Part shown: positions 28,906 to 37,920 of the stretch, piece after piece | Layout of the letters: each line of letters starts with the position of its first letter | Numbering within the stretch: position 1 is the stretch's first letter | Source: Candidatus Peribacteria bacterium | Lineage (GTDB): Bacteria; Patescibacteriota; Gracilibacteria; Peribacterales; Peribacteraceae | NCBI GenBank assembly: GCA_903854455.1 | Contig: CAINWJ010000159.1 | Span: forward strand, 1-44,661 | Length of the DNA: 44,661 bases | Direction of reading: 5' to 3' | The notes under the pieces: model-generated | Databases searched by the model: none | What the model was told of the DNA's origin: nothing | The model's input: only the letters and a program-made list of their open reading frames with translations | Made by a program: the position numbers and the translations under genes

Positions 28906-30039
28906 ATGATTGCTCAGTCACGCCGCATCATCGTCAAAGTCGGCACCAACGTACTTACCACACCGGAGGGTTTATTGAATGCTGACATGATGGCATCACT
29001 GGTTCAGCAAATCGTAACCCTGCAGCAGAAGGGAACTGAAATCATTCTCGTCTCCTCGGGAGCCATGGCAGCGGGGAGAGCTGTCGTGAGAGCCCACAAT
29101 CGTCGGCGATCCACATCTCGCTTGTCGCCCTTCGACTACGCTCAGGGTGACAAGCAGCGTAATGACGTCACCAACCGGCAAATCCTCGCCGCCGTCGGGC
29201 AGGTGCACCTCATGAAACGGTACGCTGAATTATTCGGCACTCACAATGCCATTTGCGCTCAAGTTCTTGCGACAAAGGAGGATTTTCGCGACCGGCGACA
29301 TTACCTGAATATGCGCGGCTGCTTCGCATCTCTATTGGAAGAAGGCATCGTTCCGGTGGTAAATGAGAATGATGTGGTGGCAGTCGATGAGCTGATGTTC
29401 ACGGACAATGACGAACTCGCGGGGTTGATCGCTGCAATGGTCGACGCCGATGCGCTCCTGATCCTCTCCAGTGTACCGGGAATACTGACCTGCGATCCCA
29501 AGGATCCAGATTCGACTGTCATCAAAGAAGTCCGCAGTGACGCGGATTGGAAAAAATACTTACGCGCCGGAACATCATCCTTCGGTCGCGGCGGCATGCA
29601 CACCAAGTGCGAGAGTGCCAGGAAACTCGCGTCACTAGGCATTACGACGCACATCGCACTCGGAACTTTGCCCGATGTGCTCCTGAAGATCGAAAGCGGG
29701 AAGAGTCCTGGAACCGTCTTCATTCCGGAGAAATCGACCTCCAGCATCAAGCGATGGGTAGCAGAGAGCGAAGGTCAGGAGAAAGGGATCATCGTAATCA
29801 ACAAGTGCGCTGTAGAAGCCATCACGGCACCGGGGCGCGCACGGAGTCTGCTTCCGGTCGGCATCGTGAAAATCAAGGGAGACTTCGAGAAAAATGATTT
29901 ACTAAGAATCAGAAGTGAAGAAGGAAAAGACATCGGAATTGGACGAGCGCAATATGCATCGACTCCGGCGAAGGAGGCAATGGGGAAGCAGGGGCAGAGG
30001 GCGTTGATACATTACGATTACCTCTATTTGAATACGTGA
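28906..30039 (+). CDS. proB: Glutamate 5-kinase with PUA domain
   Basis: IIVKVGTNVL, LVSSGA, AAVGQ, PVVNEND, FTDNDELA, GRGGMHTK and SLLPVGI motifs. Confidence 0.96.
   Translation: MIAQSRRIIVKVGTNVLTTPEGLLNADMMASLVQQIVTLQQKGTEIILVSSGAMAAGRAVVRAHNRRRSTSRLSPFDYAQGDKQRNDVTNRQILAAVGQVHLMKRYAELFGTHNAICAQVLATKEDFRDRRHYLNMRGCFASLLEEGIVPVVNENDVVAVDELMFTDNDELAGLIAAMVDADALLILSSVPGILTCDPKDPDSTVIKEVRSDADWKKYLRAGTSSFGRGGMHTKCESARKLASLGITTHIALGTLPDVLLKIESGKSPGTVFIPEKSTSSIKRWVAESEGQEKGIIVINKCAVEAITAPGRARSLLPVGIVKIKGDFEKNDLLRIRSEEGKDIGIGRAQYASTPAKEAMGKQGQRALIHYDYLYLNT
29120..29155. repeat. 36-bp palindromic element in frame within proB
   Basis: GCTTGTCGCCCT-tcgactacgctc-AGGGTGACAAGC: 12-bp stem with one G-U pair; encodes the extra peptide LSPFDYAQGDK. 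Confidence 0.8.
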
Positions 30040-30044
30040 TACGA

Positions 30045-30146
30045 AAAGTAAGGTAGGTATTGTAGGTAAGGTAAGTAAAGTAGGTGATCAATCAGCCCAC
30101 ATACCTTACGTACATTACCTACCTTACGTACCTTACATACCTTACC
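30045..30146. repeat. Inverted tandem-repeat element, 9-mer, copy 5 (proB-proC gap)
   Basis: Left arm 30045-30087, right arm 30099-30146, ~11-nt loop. Confidence 0.88.
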
Positions 30147-30194
30147 ATCCGCAGACACTTGCTCTCTCTTGCCTCCTGCTATTCAATGCCATTG

Positions 30195-31067
30195 ATGAAG
30201 CCCTCCCTCACCATCATCGGCGTCGGCAATATGGGAAGTGCATTCGCTTATGGATTGCTAATCCCGCAGCCAGGAATGGCTGCTCCCCAGAAGAATAAAT
30301 CTACAAAGAATATTGATGGGGAGCGCCCGTTCCCGGGCGCGGAGCAGAATGACACAATCATCCAACTTCATCTCTGCGACGGCAACAATGAGAAGTTGAA
30401 GCAATTCCCGAAAGCGAAGCACTTCACCGATCCGAAGAAAGCGATTGCCAAATCATCAACCGTACTCCTCGCTGTGAAACCACAATCAGCACGAGAACTG
30501 CTCCAGGATCTTTCCCCGTTACTGAAGGATAAGCTGGTTATTTCCATTATGGCCGGCATCAGCATCAAAACACTCGGTAAGCTTACCGGTTCCAAGAGAA
30601 TCGTTCGTGCGATGCCCAACCTGCCGGCAACAGTAGGACTCGGCTGCACGGGATGGTGCGCCACCAAAGCGATCACCGCTGCCGATCACACAATGATTGA
30701 AACTATATTCGCAGCCGTCGGCACGCAGATCGAGCTCATGGATGAATCGAAACTCGACGCAGTCACCGCCATCTCCGGCTCCGGACCGGCGTACTTCTTC
30801 CTCCTTGCGGAACTACTCGGAATGAAAGCCCTGGAGGAAGGATTCACGGCACAGCAAGCCGCAGTGTTAGCACGTGCAACGCTCATCGGCAGTGGCGTGC
30901 TCGTTGCCAATGACAAGCGGACACTGACGGCACTGCGTGAAGCCGTGACGTCGAAAGGCGGCACGACCGAAGCGGCACTCGCCTCATTCAGTGCGAATCA
31001 GCTGGATACGCTCATCAATGAAGCGGTCGACGCCGCCATTATCCGCTGTCGGAAACTCAACCAATGA
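30195..31067 (+). CDS. proC: Pyrroline-5-carboxylate reductase
   Basis: [37 protein letters not shown] and VTSKGGTT motifs. The true start is ATG 30195 (or 30186); the longer ORF start reads through the repeat. Confidence 0.95.
   Translation: MKPSLTIIGVGNMGSAFAYGLLIPQPGMAAPQKNKSTKNIDGERPFPGAEQNDTIIQLHLCDGNNEKLKQFPKAKHFTDPKKAIAKSSTVLLAVKPQSARELLQDLSPLLKDKLVISIMAGISIKTLGKLTGSKRIVRAMPNLPATVGLGCTGWCATKAITAADHTMIETIFAAVGTQIELMDESKLDAVTAISGSGPAYFFLLAELLGMKALEEGFTAQQAAVLARATLIGSGVLVANDKRTLTALREAVTSKGGTTEAALASFSANQLDTLINEAVDAAIIRCRKLNQ
30264..30342. repeat. Inverted REP doublet (REPIN-like) in frame within proC
   Basis: ccgcagccaggaatggctgctcccca (30264-30289) and tggggagcgcccgttcccgggcgcgg (30317-30342) around an AT-rich spacer. 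Confidence 0.75.
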
Positions 31068-32317
31068 CCAATTCAATCCTTAAGCAGTTGGCGAAGACGA
31101 AAACGGCAAGCCGCACGCTTGTAACAGTGCCTGAAAAGACGATCAATGCTATCCTCCTCGATCTCGCCGACCGGCTCATGAAAGACGGAAAAGCGATCAT
31201 CGCCGCCAATGGCAAAGATTGTGCGCGAATGGACAAAAACGATCCGCGCTACGACCGCCTGCTACTCACGACTGATCGATTGGAAGGAATGGCAGCGGAC
31301 ATCCGAACCGTGGCACTCCTCCCCTCCCCGCTCAAGAGAATTCTAGAGAATCGGAAGCGCCCCAATGGCTTGCAGATCAAAAAGATCACGGTTCCACTCG
31401 GCGTGATCGGCATCATCTATGAAGCGCGACCGAACGTCACCGTCGACACCTTCTCACTCTGCTTCAAGGCTGGAAACGCCTGCGTTCTCAAAGGTGGCAG
31501 CGATGCGAAAGATTCCAACGCCGCCATTGTTGAGGTGATTCAATCTGTCCTGAAAAAGCACGGCGTTGATCAATATGTTGTTCAGCTGCTCCCGCCTGAC
31601 CGAAAAGCTGTAGAAACCATGCTGCATGCCGATGACATGATCGACGTGGTGATTCCCCGCGGGAGTCAATCGCTGATCGACTTCGTCCGGAAGACGAGCC
31701 ACATTCCGGTAATCGAAACCGGCGCCGGTATCGTTCACACATACGTCGATGCGAGTGGTGATACCAGGAAAGCAGCCGCCATCGTTTTCAATGCCAAGAC
31801 GCGTCGACCATCGGTATGCAACACGCTCGATACGTTGATCATTCATGAATCGAAACTCAAAGACCTGCCGACGATCGTGAAGCCGCTCCTGGCAAAGAAT
31901 GTTGAAATCTTCGCAGATACAAATGCATTTCAGGCAATCAAATCTTCGTACGATCCGAGACTGCTCAAAAAAGCCACTGCCAAGCACTACGGAACGGAAT
32001 TCCTATCACTCAGAATGTCGATCAAAACAGTGAAGAATTTGGATGAGGCTCTCGATCACATTGCTCAGTACAGCTCGAAGCACAGTGAAGCTATCATTGC
32101 CGAAGACTCGAAAGCCATTCAGCGATTCCTCTCCGAGGTCGACGCAGCGGCCGTCTACGCCAATGCCTCCACCGCATTCACAGACGGTGCTCAGTTCGGC
32201 ATGGGGGCAGAGATCGGTATTTCGACGCAGAAGCTCCACGCCCGCGGTCCCATGGCGCTGCAGGAATTGACGAGCTATAAATGGGTGATTGAGGGGAAGG
32301 GGCAGACTCGAACGTGA
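31064..32317 (+). CDS. proA: Gamma-glutamyl phosphate reductase
   Basis: [38 protein letters not shown] and [26 protein letters not shown] motifs. Confidence 0.97.
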   Translation: MTNSILKQLAKTKTASRTLVTVPEKTINAILLDLADRLMKDGKAIIAANGKDCARMDKNDPRYDRLLLTTDRLEGMAADIRTVALLPSPLKRILENRKRPNGLQIKKITVPLGVIGIIYEARPNVTVDTFSLCFKAGNACVLKGGSDAKDSNAAIVEVIQSVLKKHGVDQYVVQLLPPDRKAVETMLHADDMIDVVIPRGSQSLIDFVRKTSHIPVIETGAGIVHTYVDASGDTRKAAAIVFNAKTRRPSVCNTLDTLIIHESKLKDLPTIVKPLLAKNVEIFADTNAFQAIKSSYDPRLLKKATAKHYGTEFLSLRMSIKTVKNLDEALDHIAQYSSKHSEAIIAEDSKAIQRFLSEVDAAAVYANASTAFTDGAQFGMGAEIGISTQKLHARGPMALQELTSYKWVIEGKGQTRT

Positions 32318-32412
32318 TGGTTTGGTGGTTTGGTAGTTTACTGGTTGGGTAGTTTGGCTGTTTCAAAAAAGCATAAACCAGTAAACCATGAAAACCACCA
32401 AACTAGTAAACC
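32318..32412. repeat. Inverted tandem-repeat element, 8-mer (TGGTTTGG/AAACCAGT)
   Basis: Left arm 32318-32363, right arm 32375-32412, between convergent proA and dut; starts directly after the proA stop. Confidence 0.8.
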
Positions 32413-32422
32413 CGTCCAGTGT

Positions 32423-32851
32423 TCATCCTGTACTCCCAAAACCTCCCCTCGTCTCCGCTCCGTGATCATCAACCTCCTGCCACTCTGCACGATCGATTCT
32501 GACGAATAATCCCTGTGCAATCCGCTCCCCTCTCTCCACGGTCACCGGCTTGTCCGTCACGTTCTGCACCTGCACAAAGATCTCGTCCTTGGGTCCGTGG
32601 TAGTCATGATCGATCAATCCGAGCGAATGCGGGCAAATAAGCCCCTTCTTCCGCGGCAAGGAGGATCTCGGCATGACAAGCAACGCGTAACCTTCCGGAA
32701 CCTTGATGATGACGTTCCCCGGAATCAGGCCAATGGCATGCGGTGCGACCGTCGTGGTTTCCCGTGTAACGAAATCGAACGCAGCCGAACCCGAGGTCTC
32801 GTACCTAGGTAGCGGCAGTGCCGGATCGACGCGGGTGATGGGGACGAGCAT
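32423..32851 (-). CDS. dut: dUTP diphosphatase
   Basis: GSAAFD, PRSS, GLIDHDYHG, GERIAQG and RGGFGSTG motifs. Start reassigned to ATG 32851; the longer ORF translates the hexamer repeat as PDPDPD. Confidence 0.95.
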   Translation of the reverse strand: MLVPITRVDPALPLPRYETSGSAAFDFVTRETTTVAPHAIGLIPGNVIIKVPEGYALLVMPRSSLPRKKGLICPHSLGLIDHDYHGPKDEIFVQVQNVTDKPVTVERGERIAQGLFVRIDRAEWQEVDDHGAETRGGFGSTG

Positions 32852-32855
32852 GGAA

Positions 32856-32985
32856 CGGGGTCGGGTATCGGGGTCAGGGTCAGGAAAGTATTGAAAACTG
32901 AACCGGGCGAGTGAATCAACAATGATCGAATGGTCGAGATGATCAAATTCAAGCATGCCCGACCCTGACCCTCCCCCTGACCCTA
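32856..32985. repeat. Inverted tandem-repeat element, 6-mer, copy 2
   Basis: Left arm cggggtcgggtatcggggtcagggtcagga (32856-32885); right arm cccgaccctgaccctccccctgacccta (32958-32985), ending in the ftsZ TAG stop. Confidence 0.85.
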
Positions 32986-34269
32986 TTTCCCAATTTTCTT
33001 CCTCATAAACGTCGGCACCTCCAGCTCTTCCTCATTCAGCTGTGAGCCGGAGAGCTTGATAACAGCATCATCCGTGCGTTCGCCGGAACGGGTGAGATCG
33101 GAAGGAGCGGATTTCTTAAAGGAGGGGAGACTCTTGAGAACCGGCACTTGTGACTGCGCCATCGGCGAATCTTTCTTCTCGTCGAAACCGGTGGCGATCA
33201 CCGTACACTTCACCTGACCGGTGTACGCATCGTCGATGACGGCACCGAAGATGATGTTGGCCTCCGGATCGGCGGCCTCCGTGATGATGCGGGCGGCTTC
33301 ATCGACCTCGAACATGCTCATGTCGTTGCCACCGGTGATGTTGAAGAGAATGCCCTTGGCTCCGCTGATACTGAGTTCCAGGAGCGGAGAATCGACGGCT
33401 GCACGTGCGGCTTCCGACGCCCTGCTGTCACCGGTGCCATACCCGATGCCCATGAGAGCGGAACCGGCATCCTGCATGACAGAACGAACGTCCGCGAAGT
33501 CGACGTTCACCAGTCCGTGGATGGTGATGAGGCTCGCGATGCCCTCGATACCGTGGCGGAGAATTTCATCAACGATCTGGAACGCCTCGGTGAGCGGGGT
33601 TGTTTTGTCGATGAGCGAGAGGATGCGATCGTTCGGGATCGTGATGAGCGTATCGACCTTGCCGCGAAGTGCCTCCAACGCCTCATCAGCCTGCTTGCGA
33701 CGACGAAGTCCTTCGAAGCTGAACGGTCTCGTAACCACACCGACGGTCAGAACACCGAGTGAGCGTGCCAGTTCGGCAATGTACGGAGCGGCACCGGAAC
33801 CTGTTCCTCCACCCAGACCAGCCGTGATGAAGACGAGGTCAGCTCCTTCGATAACCTTCTTGAGCTCCTCCGCACTCTCCTTGGCTGACTGCAGTCCGAT
33901 GTCCGGATTGGCACCGGCACCCAGCCCGCGTGTCGTTCCGCGACCGATGTTCACCTTCTGTGCCGCAGGACTGTGGAACAGTGCCTGTGCATCCGTATTG
34001 ACGGCGATGAACTCGACTCCCCCGACCTTGCCGGAGATCATCCGTGAGACGGCGTTGCTGCCACCGCCACCGACGCCGATAACTTTGATGATGGCATTGG
34101 GAGCGATATCCGGACGGACTTCCTGATGACCGCTGGCGGAAGCCGGAGGTGTCGCGGTGTCATCGAAGCTGCTGCTGCCGGCGGAGGAAGCCTTGGTACC
34201 GCCGAACAGATTGCCGGACGAGGAGGAACCCTTGGAACCGGAGAAGAGGGAACGGAGCGTGTCGGACAT
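32983..34269 (-). CDS. ftsZ: Cell division protein FtsZ
   Basis: [38 protein letters not shown] and C-terminal LEVPTFMRK; ~55-aa Ser/Gly-rich N-terminal extension. Confidence 0.98.
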   Translation of the reverse strand: MSDTLRSLFSGSKGSSSSGNLFGGTKASSAGSSSFDDTATPPASASGHQEVRPDIAPNAIIKVIGVGGGGSNAVSRMISGKVGGVEFIAVNTDAQALFHSPAAQKVNIGRGTTRGLGAGANPDIGLQSAKESAEELKKVIEGADLVFITAGLGGGTGSGAAPYIAELARSLGVLTVGVVTRPFSFEGLRRRKQADEALEALRGKVDTLITIPNDRILSLIDKTTPLTEAFQIVDEILRHGIEGIASLITIHGLVNVDFADVRSVMQDAGSALMGIGYGTGDSRASEAARAAVDSPLLELSISGAKGILFNITGGNDMSMFEVDEAARIITEAADPEANIIFGAVIDDAYTGQVKCTVIATGFDEKKDSPMAQSQVPVLKSLPSFKKSAPSDLTRSGERTDDAVIKLSGSQLNEEELEVPTFMRKKIGK

Positions 34270-34320
34270 GGGAATGGGGGGAACGAAGATGCGGATTCAA
34301 TGATCCGCGATAATGAGAGC

Positions 34321-34360
34321 GCAGGGCTGCTGCCCCGCAGACGCGGGGGCTTGCCCCGCA
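34321..34360. repeat. Two tandem GCGGGGC-N-GCCCCGC palindromes (REP-like)
   Basis: gcagggctgctgccccgca and gcgggggcttgccccgca between ftsA and ftsZ; an inverted copy lies at 42371-42392. Confidence 0.65.
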
Positions 34361-34364
34361 AAAA

Positions 34365-35603
34365 TTAAGGCAATAAATTCTTAAACCAGGAACCGACCTG
34401 GCCAAACGTGCGCTTGAAGTCGAAGCTGGAAAGTGAGAACGCCGTGTGACGCTGACCCTCACGGACACCCCAGAGGAGCGTGCCGAGTGCGGTGGCGTAG
34501 GCAGGATCGTCGACCTTCTCGATGACGCCGCCGATCTCGACCGGAAAACCCATCTGGACCGGGAGACCCAGAACCTCGCGGGCGATATCCAAGACACCCG
34601 GTGCCTTCACTGCGGCACCCGTGAGCAGAACACCTGCAGGGAGCAGACCATCCCGACCGATGCGCTTGAGCTCCTCCTTTACCAGGGAGAACGTCTCGTA
34701 GTACCTGGCCTGCATGATCTCGGCCATGTACCGCTTGCCGACCATTTGAGTATCCATCTTGCTGACCTGGGACAGATCGATCATCTCGCGCTCCTGGATC
34801 TCGGCTGGAAGAACGGACCCGAACTCGATCTTGATCTTCTCCGCTGTATCGATGGATGTGCGAAGACCGATGGCAATATCGTTGGTCACGTTCTCGCCGC
34901 CAACCGGAAGGCTGACAGAGTGCAGGATGGTCCCCTCTTCGAAGACGGCAACACTCGTGGAACCTGCACCTATATCTATGGTGACAACTCCGAGTTCCTT
35001 CTGACGCTTGGTAAGGACAGCCTCGGAAATGGCAATCGTTGCCGGCACGAGGGAGTCGATGTCGACACCTGCCTGATCGATGCACTTCTCCAGATTCTTC
35101 ACATGCTGGATCTGACCGGTGATGATGTGCGCCTCCACCTCCAGACGGATGCCGGTCATACCGACAGGATTCTTGATGCCGCGCTGCTCATCGACGGCGT
35201 ACGACTTGGGTTCGATGTGCAGGATGCGACGATTACTCGGAATGCTCACCGCTTGAGCCGCCTCCAGAACGCGTGCCACATCCTCCACGGTAATCTCGCT
35301 GCCGGAGATGGCGATGACTCCGCGGCTGTCGAAGGCTTCGATGTGCGATCCGCTCATGCCGACGAACACGTGGTTCACCGGTACACCTGCCATGCGCTCG
35401 GCATCCTCCAGGGCTGAGATGATGTTGTGGATGGTTTCCTCGATATCGATGACATGCCCCTTGCGCATACCGAGTGACGGGGACAACCCGACCCCGATGA
35501 CACTGGGAACCTGACCACCGTCGGTCGAATCGACGACTGCGATGATCACACGGATCTTGGAGCTACCGATATCGAGACTGCAGACAACGCGTTCCTTGGC
35601 CAT
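34365..35603 (-). CDS. ftsA: Cell division protein FtsA
   Basis: SLDIGSSKI, GMRKG, PVGMTGIRLE, IDIGAGST, VGGENVTNDI and AEKIK motifs. Start reassigned to ATG 35603. Confidence 0.96.
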   Translation of the reverse strand: MAKERVVCSLDIGSSKIRVIIAVVDSTDGGQVPSVIGVGLSPSLGMRKGHVIDIEETIHNIISALEDAERMAGVPVNHVFVGMSGSHIEAFDSRGVIAISGSEITVEDVARVLEAAQAVSIPSNRRILHIEPKSYAVDEQRGIKNPVGMTGIRLEVEAHIITGQIQHVKNLEKCIDQAGVDIDSLVPATIAISEAVLTKRQKELGVVTIDIGAGSTSVAVFEEGTILHSVSLPVGGENVTNDIAIGLRTSIDTAEKIKIEFGSVLPAEIQEREMIDLSQVSKMDTQMVGKRYMAEIMQARYYETFSLVKEELKRIGRDGLLPAGVLLTGAAVKAPGVLDIAREVLGLPVQMGFPVEIGGVIEKVDDPAYATALGTLLWGVREGQRHTAFSLSSFDFKRTFGQVGSWFKNLLP

Positions 35604-35890
35604 AGAGAGTGGTGTGGAGTGAAACGGAAGCAATGTGCAAAGTTGAATATGCACACAACGAAAGCAGTCTAGAGAAAGAGGTGAAGGGCTCGCAACCCTG
35701 TCATGACTACGTTTCGTATTCAATTCATGGAAAATTCCCATGAAATTGGAAAATTATTTTCCATATGTAGATAAGGAAAGAACGTCCAAGTAACACTAAA
35801 TGTATTCATCAAAAATTCACCGAGTACAAAAAGTGCACGAGATTCGGTATTTGCTGATGAGCTAGGGCTCGGGGAAATCCTATTACATCC

Positions 35891-35973
35891 GTAGCCGGGG
35901 CATCGTGCCCCGGTCGTCCTGCGACACGCCGCTTGCCGGCCAAAGCCGAGCGAAGGCTGGATGTCGCAGCTAC
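35891..35973. repeat. GTAG-type REP doublet with a nested 32-bp insertion
   Basis: GTAG-CCGGGGCA-tcg-TGCCCCGG (35891-35913), then inverted CTGCGACAC[35928-35959]GATGTCGCAG-CTAC. Confidence 0.75.
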
Positions 35974-35991
35974 GAAAATATTCAATTCCTC

Positions 35992-36969
35992 CTATAACAA
36001 CGACATCTGCTCCTGTTCCTTTTGAGGCAATGATTCCTTTGAAGGCGTCAGATTGCTGCTTAGGGATCCATCCATCCGGAAATGATTCTGCCCATACGGT
36101 GTTGCAAGCAATGCCTGAAATCTCTTCATCGGTAATGTGAACTCCAGATCGGAAAACAATTGGATGATCGGTGCGGATGGAATGTCCTTGAGCTCGAGGT
36201 CTGCAAGGGAAACAGGGAGATCGATATCGCACTTGAGCTGGCTCATCCGTTCGCAGAAGAATGCCTGCTCTCTGCCAGCCTCCAATTTAGACCTCCAGGA
36301 GGATTTGATATCCGGAAGATGCTTGTAGATCTCCTCGGTGGAACCATACTGCTGGATCAGTGCCGCAGCTGCCTTGGGACCGATCCCCTTCACGCCGGGA
36401 AGATTGTCCGACGAATCTCCGACCAATCCTTTATAAGAAGGTATCTGTGCAGGTGTCACACCGTACTTCGTGAACACTTCCTTATCCGACAGATACTCAG
36501 CCTCCTGATATCCCTTGTGCGGGATGGCGATCCGGATGGTAGAGGAAGCAAGCTGGAACAGATCCCGGTCACCGGAGACAATCGTCACCCGATCCCCTGC
36601 CCTCTCGGCAGCCCGAGCATAGGAACATGCCAGATCATCGGCTTCGTACCGGCGATCCTCGACACTGCGGATACCGAAGGAATCGATAACGGACCTGGCA
36701 CGCGGAATCTGCACGTAGAAATCATCCGGTGTTGTCTGCCTGCCACTCTTGTAGTCGGCGTACTCCGTGTGCCGGAACGTCTCATCACCGGCATCGAAGC
36801 AGAACAACACACTGTCGGGCTGCTCGGTGCGCAATATAAGGAGAAGCATGGAGGCGATGCCGAAGACCGTATTCACCTGCTCACCCTTGGATGTCCGCAT
36901 CGTGCGGGGAATAGCCCAGTACGCTCTATATAAGAGGTGGTGACCGTCGATAATGACGAGATGCTTCAT
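35992..36969 (-). CDS. Stand-alone 5'-3' exonuclease/flap endonuclease (Pol I N-terminal domain)
   Basis: IIDGHHLLYRAYWA, YADYKSGR, YEADD, SGDRD and GDSSDNLPGVKGIGPK motifs; no polymerase domain. Confidence 0.93.
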   Translation of the reverse strand: MKHLVIIDGHHLLYRAYWAIPRTMRTSKGEQVNTVFGIASMLLLILRTEQPDSVLFCFDAGDETFRHTEYADYKSGRQTTPDDFYVQIPRARSVIDSFGIRSVEDRRYEADDLACSYARAAERAGDRVTIVSGDRDLFQLASSTIRIAIPHKGYQEAEYLSDKEVFTKYGVTPAQIPSYKGLVGDSSDNLPGVKGIGPKAAAALIQQYGSTEEIYKHLPDIKSSWRSKLEAGREQAFFCERMSQLKCDIDLPVSLADLELKDIPSAPIIQLFSDLEFTLPMKRFQALLATPYGQNHFRMDGSLSSNLTPSKESLPQKEQEQMSLL

Positions 36970-36972
36970 GGG

Positions 36973-37120
36973 AGGGATCAGGGATCAGTAATCAGGGATC
37001 AGTAATCGGGAACAGGGAAATACTCAGAACAAACGAAACTGAGTATGAAGAGTATCAGAAGATAACCAAAGCTGTATCTCCTAAGTAGTAAACCTCCCTG
37101 ACCCTCACACCCGATCCTCA
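36973..37120. repeat. Tandem-repeat element: 7-mer arm (AGGGATC/AGTAATC) with a degenerate partner arm
   Basis: agggatc agggatc agtaatc agggatc agtaatc gggaac aggga (36973-37018); ccctgaccctcacacccgatcctca (37096-37120). Confidence 0.65.
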
Positions 37121-37222
37121 TAACTGTCATCATCAAACAATCTATCAATTCTGACAACTCTGAAGGATTCCGGAAAAACCAAAAAACCTGTATAATAATT
37201 CGATTCATCCACACCAACATTC

Positions 37223-37861
37223 ATGACCACTGTCTCACCAGCCTATGACAACAAGATCGTGCGCAAATACTCGGCGCGCACTGTCGAGCACAAAGCCGAG
37301 AACAAGGCTGCGTTGCAGGAGGAGTTGAAATGGATCGCTGAGCCCAAACAGCCCATCATCTGCCTGCCGACCGGTATCACCGATGCGCTGGGCGGAGAAC
37401 TATTTGAGCAGGTGCTCCCGGGACTTCTGGAACTGCCGGTCTCACTCGTCATCCGCGGACGCGGATCCAAGAAGTACGGAGACACACTCACCAAGCTTGC
37501 GAAGACGAAGAACCATCGCGTGGCGATCATCCAGGACGATGACGTTCACATCCGGCACATGCTCGCCGGAAGCGACATCGCCGTCTTCTTCTCGACCAAT
37601 AACGACGAGGAGATGCTGGAGAACTGCCTTCGCTACGGTGTCATCCCAGTCTCCCTCCCCATGGAATCACTGGAGAACTACAACCCGGTACAGGAGAGCG
37701 GTAATGCGTTCGTGTACGAAGATCCCAGTCACTGGATGTGCTTCGCGAGTCTGGTGCGCGCACTCGAAACATTCAAGTTCCCCTTCGACTGGAGAACCAT
37801 CCAACGCCATGCGATGGATGCAATGGACAGGAAGACAGCAATGGCAGAAGCAACGGCGTAA
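37223..37861 (+). CDS. Glycogen synthase C-terminal-like protein (single GT-B domain)
   Basis: VIRGRGSKKY, HMLAGSDI, LRYGVIPV, ENYNP..ESGNAFVY and RALETF..WRTIQRHAM resemble the GlgA C-domain; the PSxFEPCG motif is missing. Confidence 0.75.
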   Translation: MTTVSPAYDNKIVRKYSARTVEHKAENKAALQEELKWIAEPKQPIICLPTGITDALGGELFEQVLPGLLELPVSLVIRGRGSKKYGDTLTKLAKTKNHRVAIIQDDDVHIRHMLAGSDIAVFFSTNNDEEMLENCLRYGVIPVSLPMESLENYNPVQESGNAFVYEDPSHWMCFASLVRALETFKFPFDWRTIQRHAMDAMDRKTAMAEATA

Positions 37862-37865
37862 ACAA

Positions 37866-37916
37866 AACCACGGAACAATGAACCGTGAATTGTTAATAGT
37901 TAATTGTTAACAGTTT
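37866..37916. repeat. 7-mer tandem/inverted repeat (AACAATG/AATTGTT)
   Basis: aaccacgg aacaatg aaccgtg aattgtt aatagtt aattgtt aacagtt, between convergent genes. Confidence 0.55.
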
Positions 37917-37920
37917 CCAT

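Noticed and set aside
11949..30146. 9-mer repeats as a CRISPR array or telomere-like tract
   Set aside because: No 23-50 bp repeats with unique spacers and no cas genes; the arrays are short, dispersed and inverted.
30084..30194. TYLTYITYLTYL N-terminal extension of ProC
   Set aside because: Translation of the 9-mer repeat arm from an upstream GTG; not part of ProC.
33221..35417. 301-aa and 323-aa plus-strand ORFs
   Set aside because: Antisense shadows of ftsZ and ftsA.
35722..35764. AT-rich short inverted repeats (catggaaaattcccatg) upstream of ftsA
   Set aside because: Could be an operator, but too short and AT-rich to support a call.
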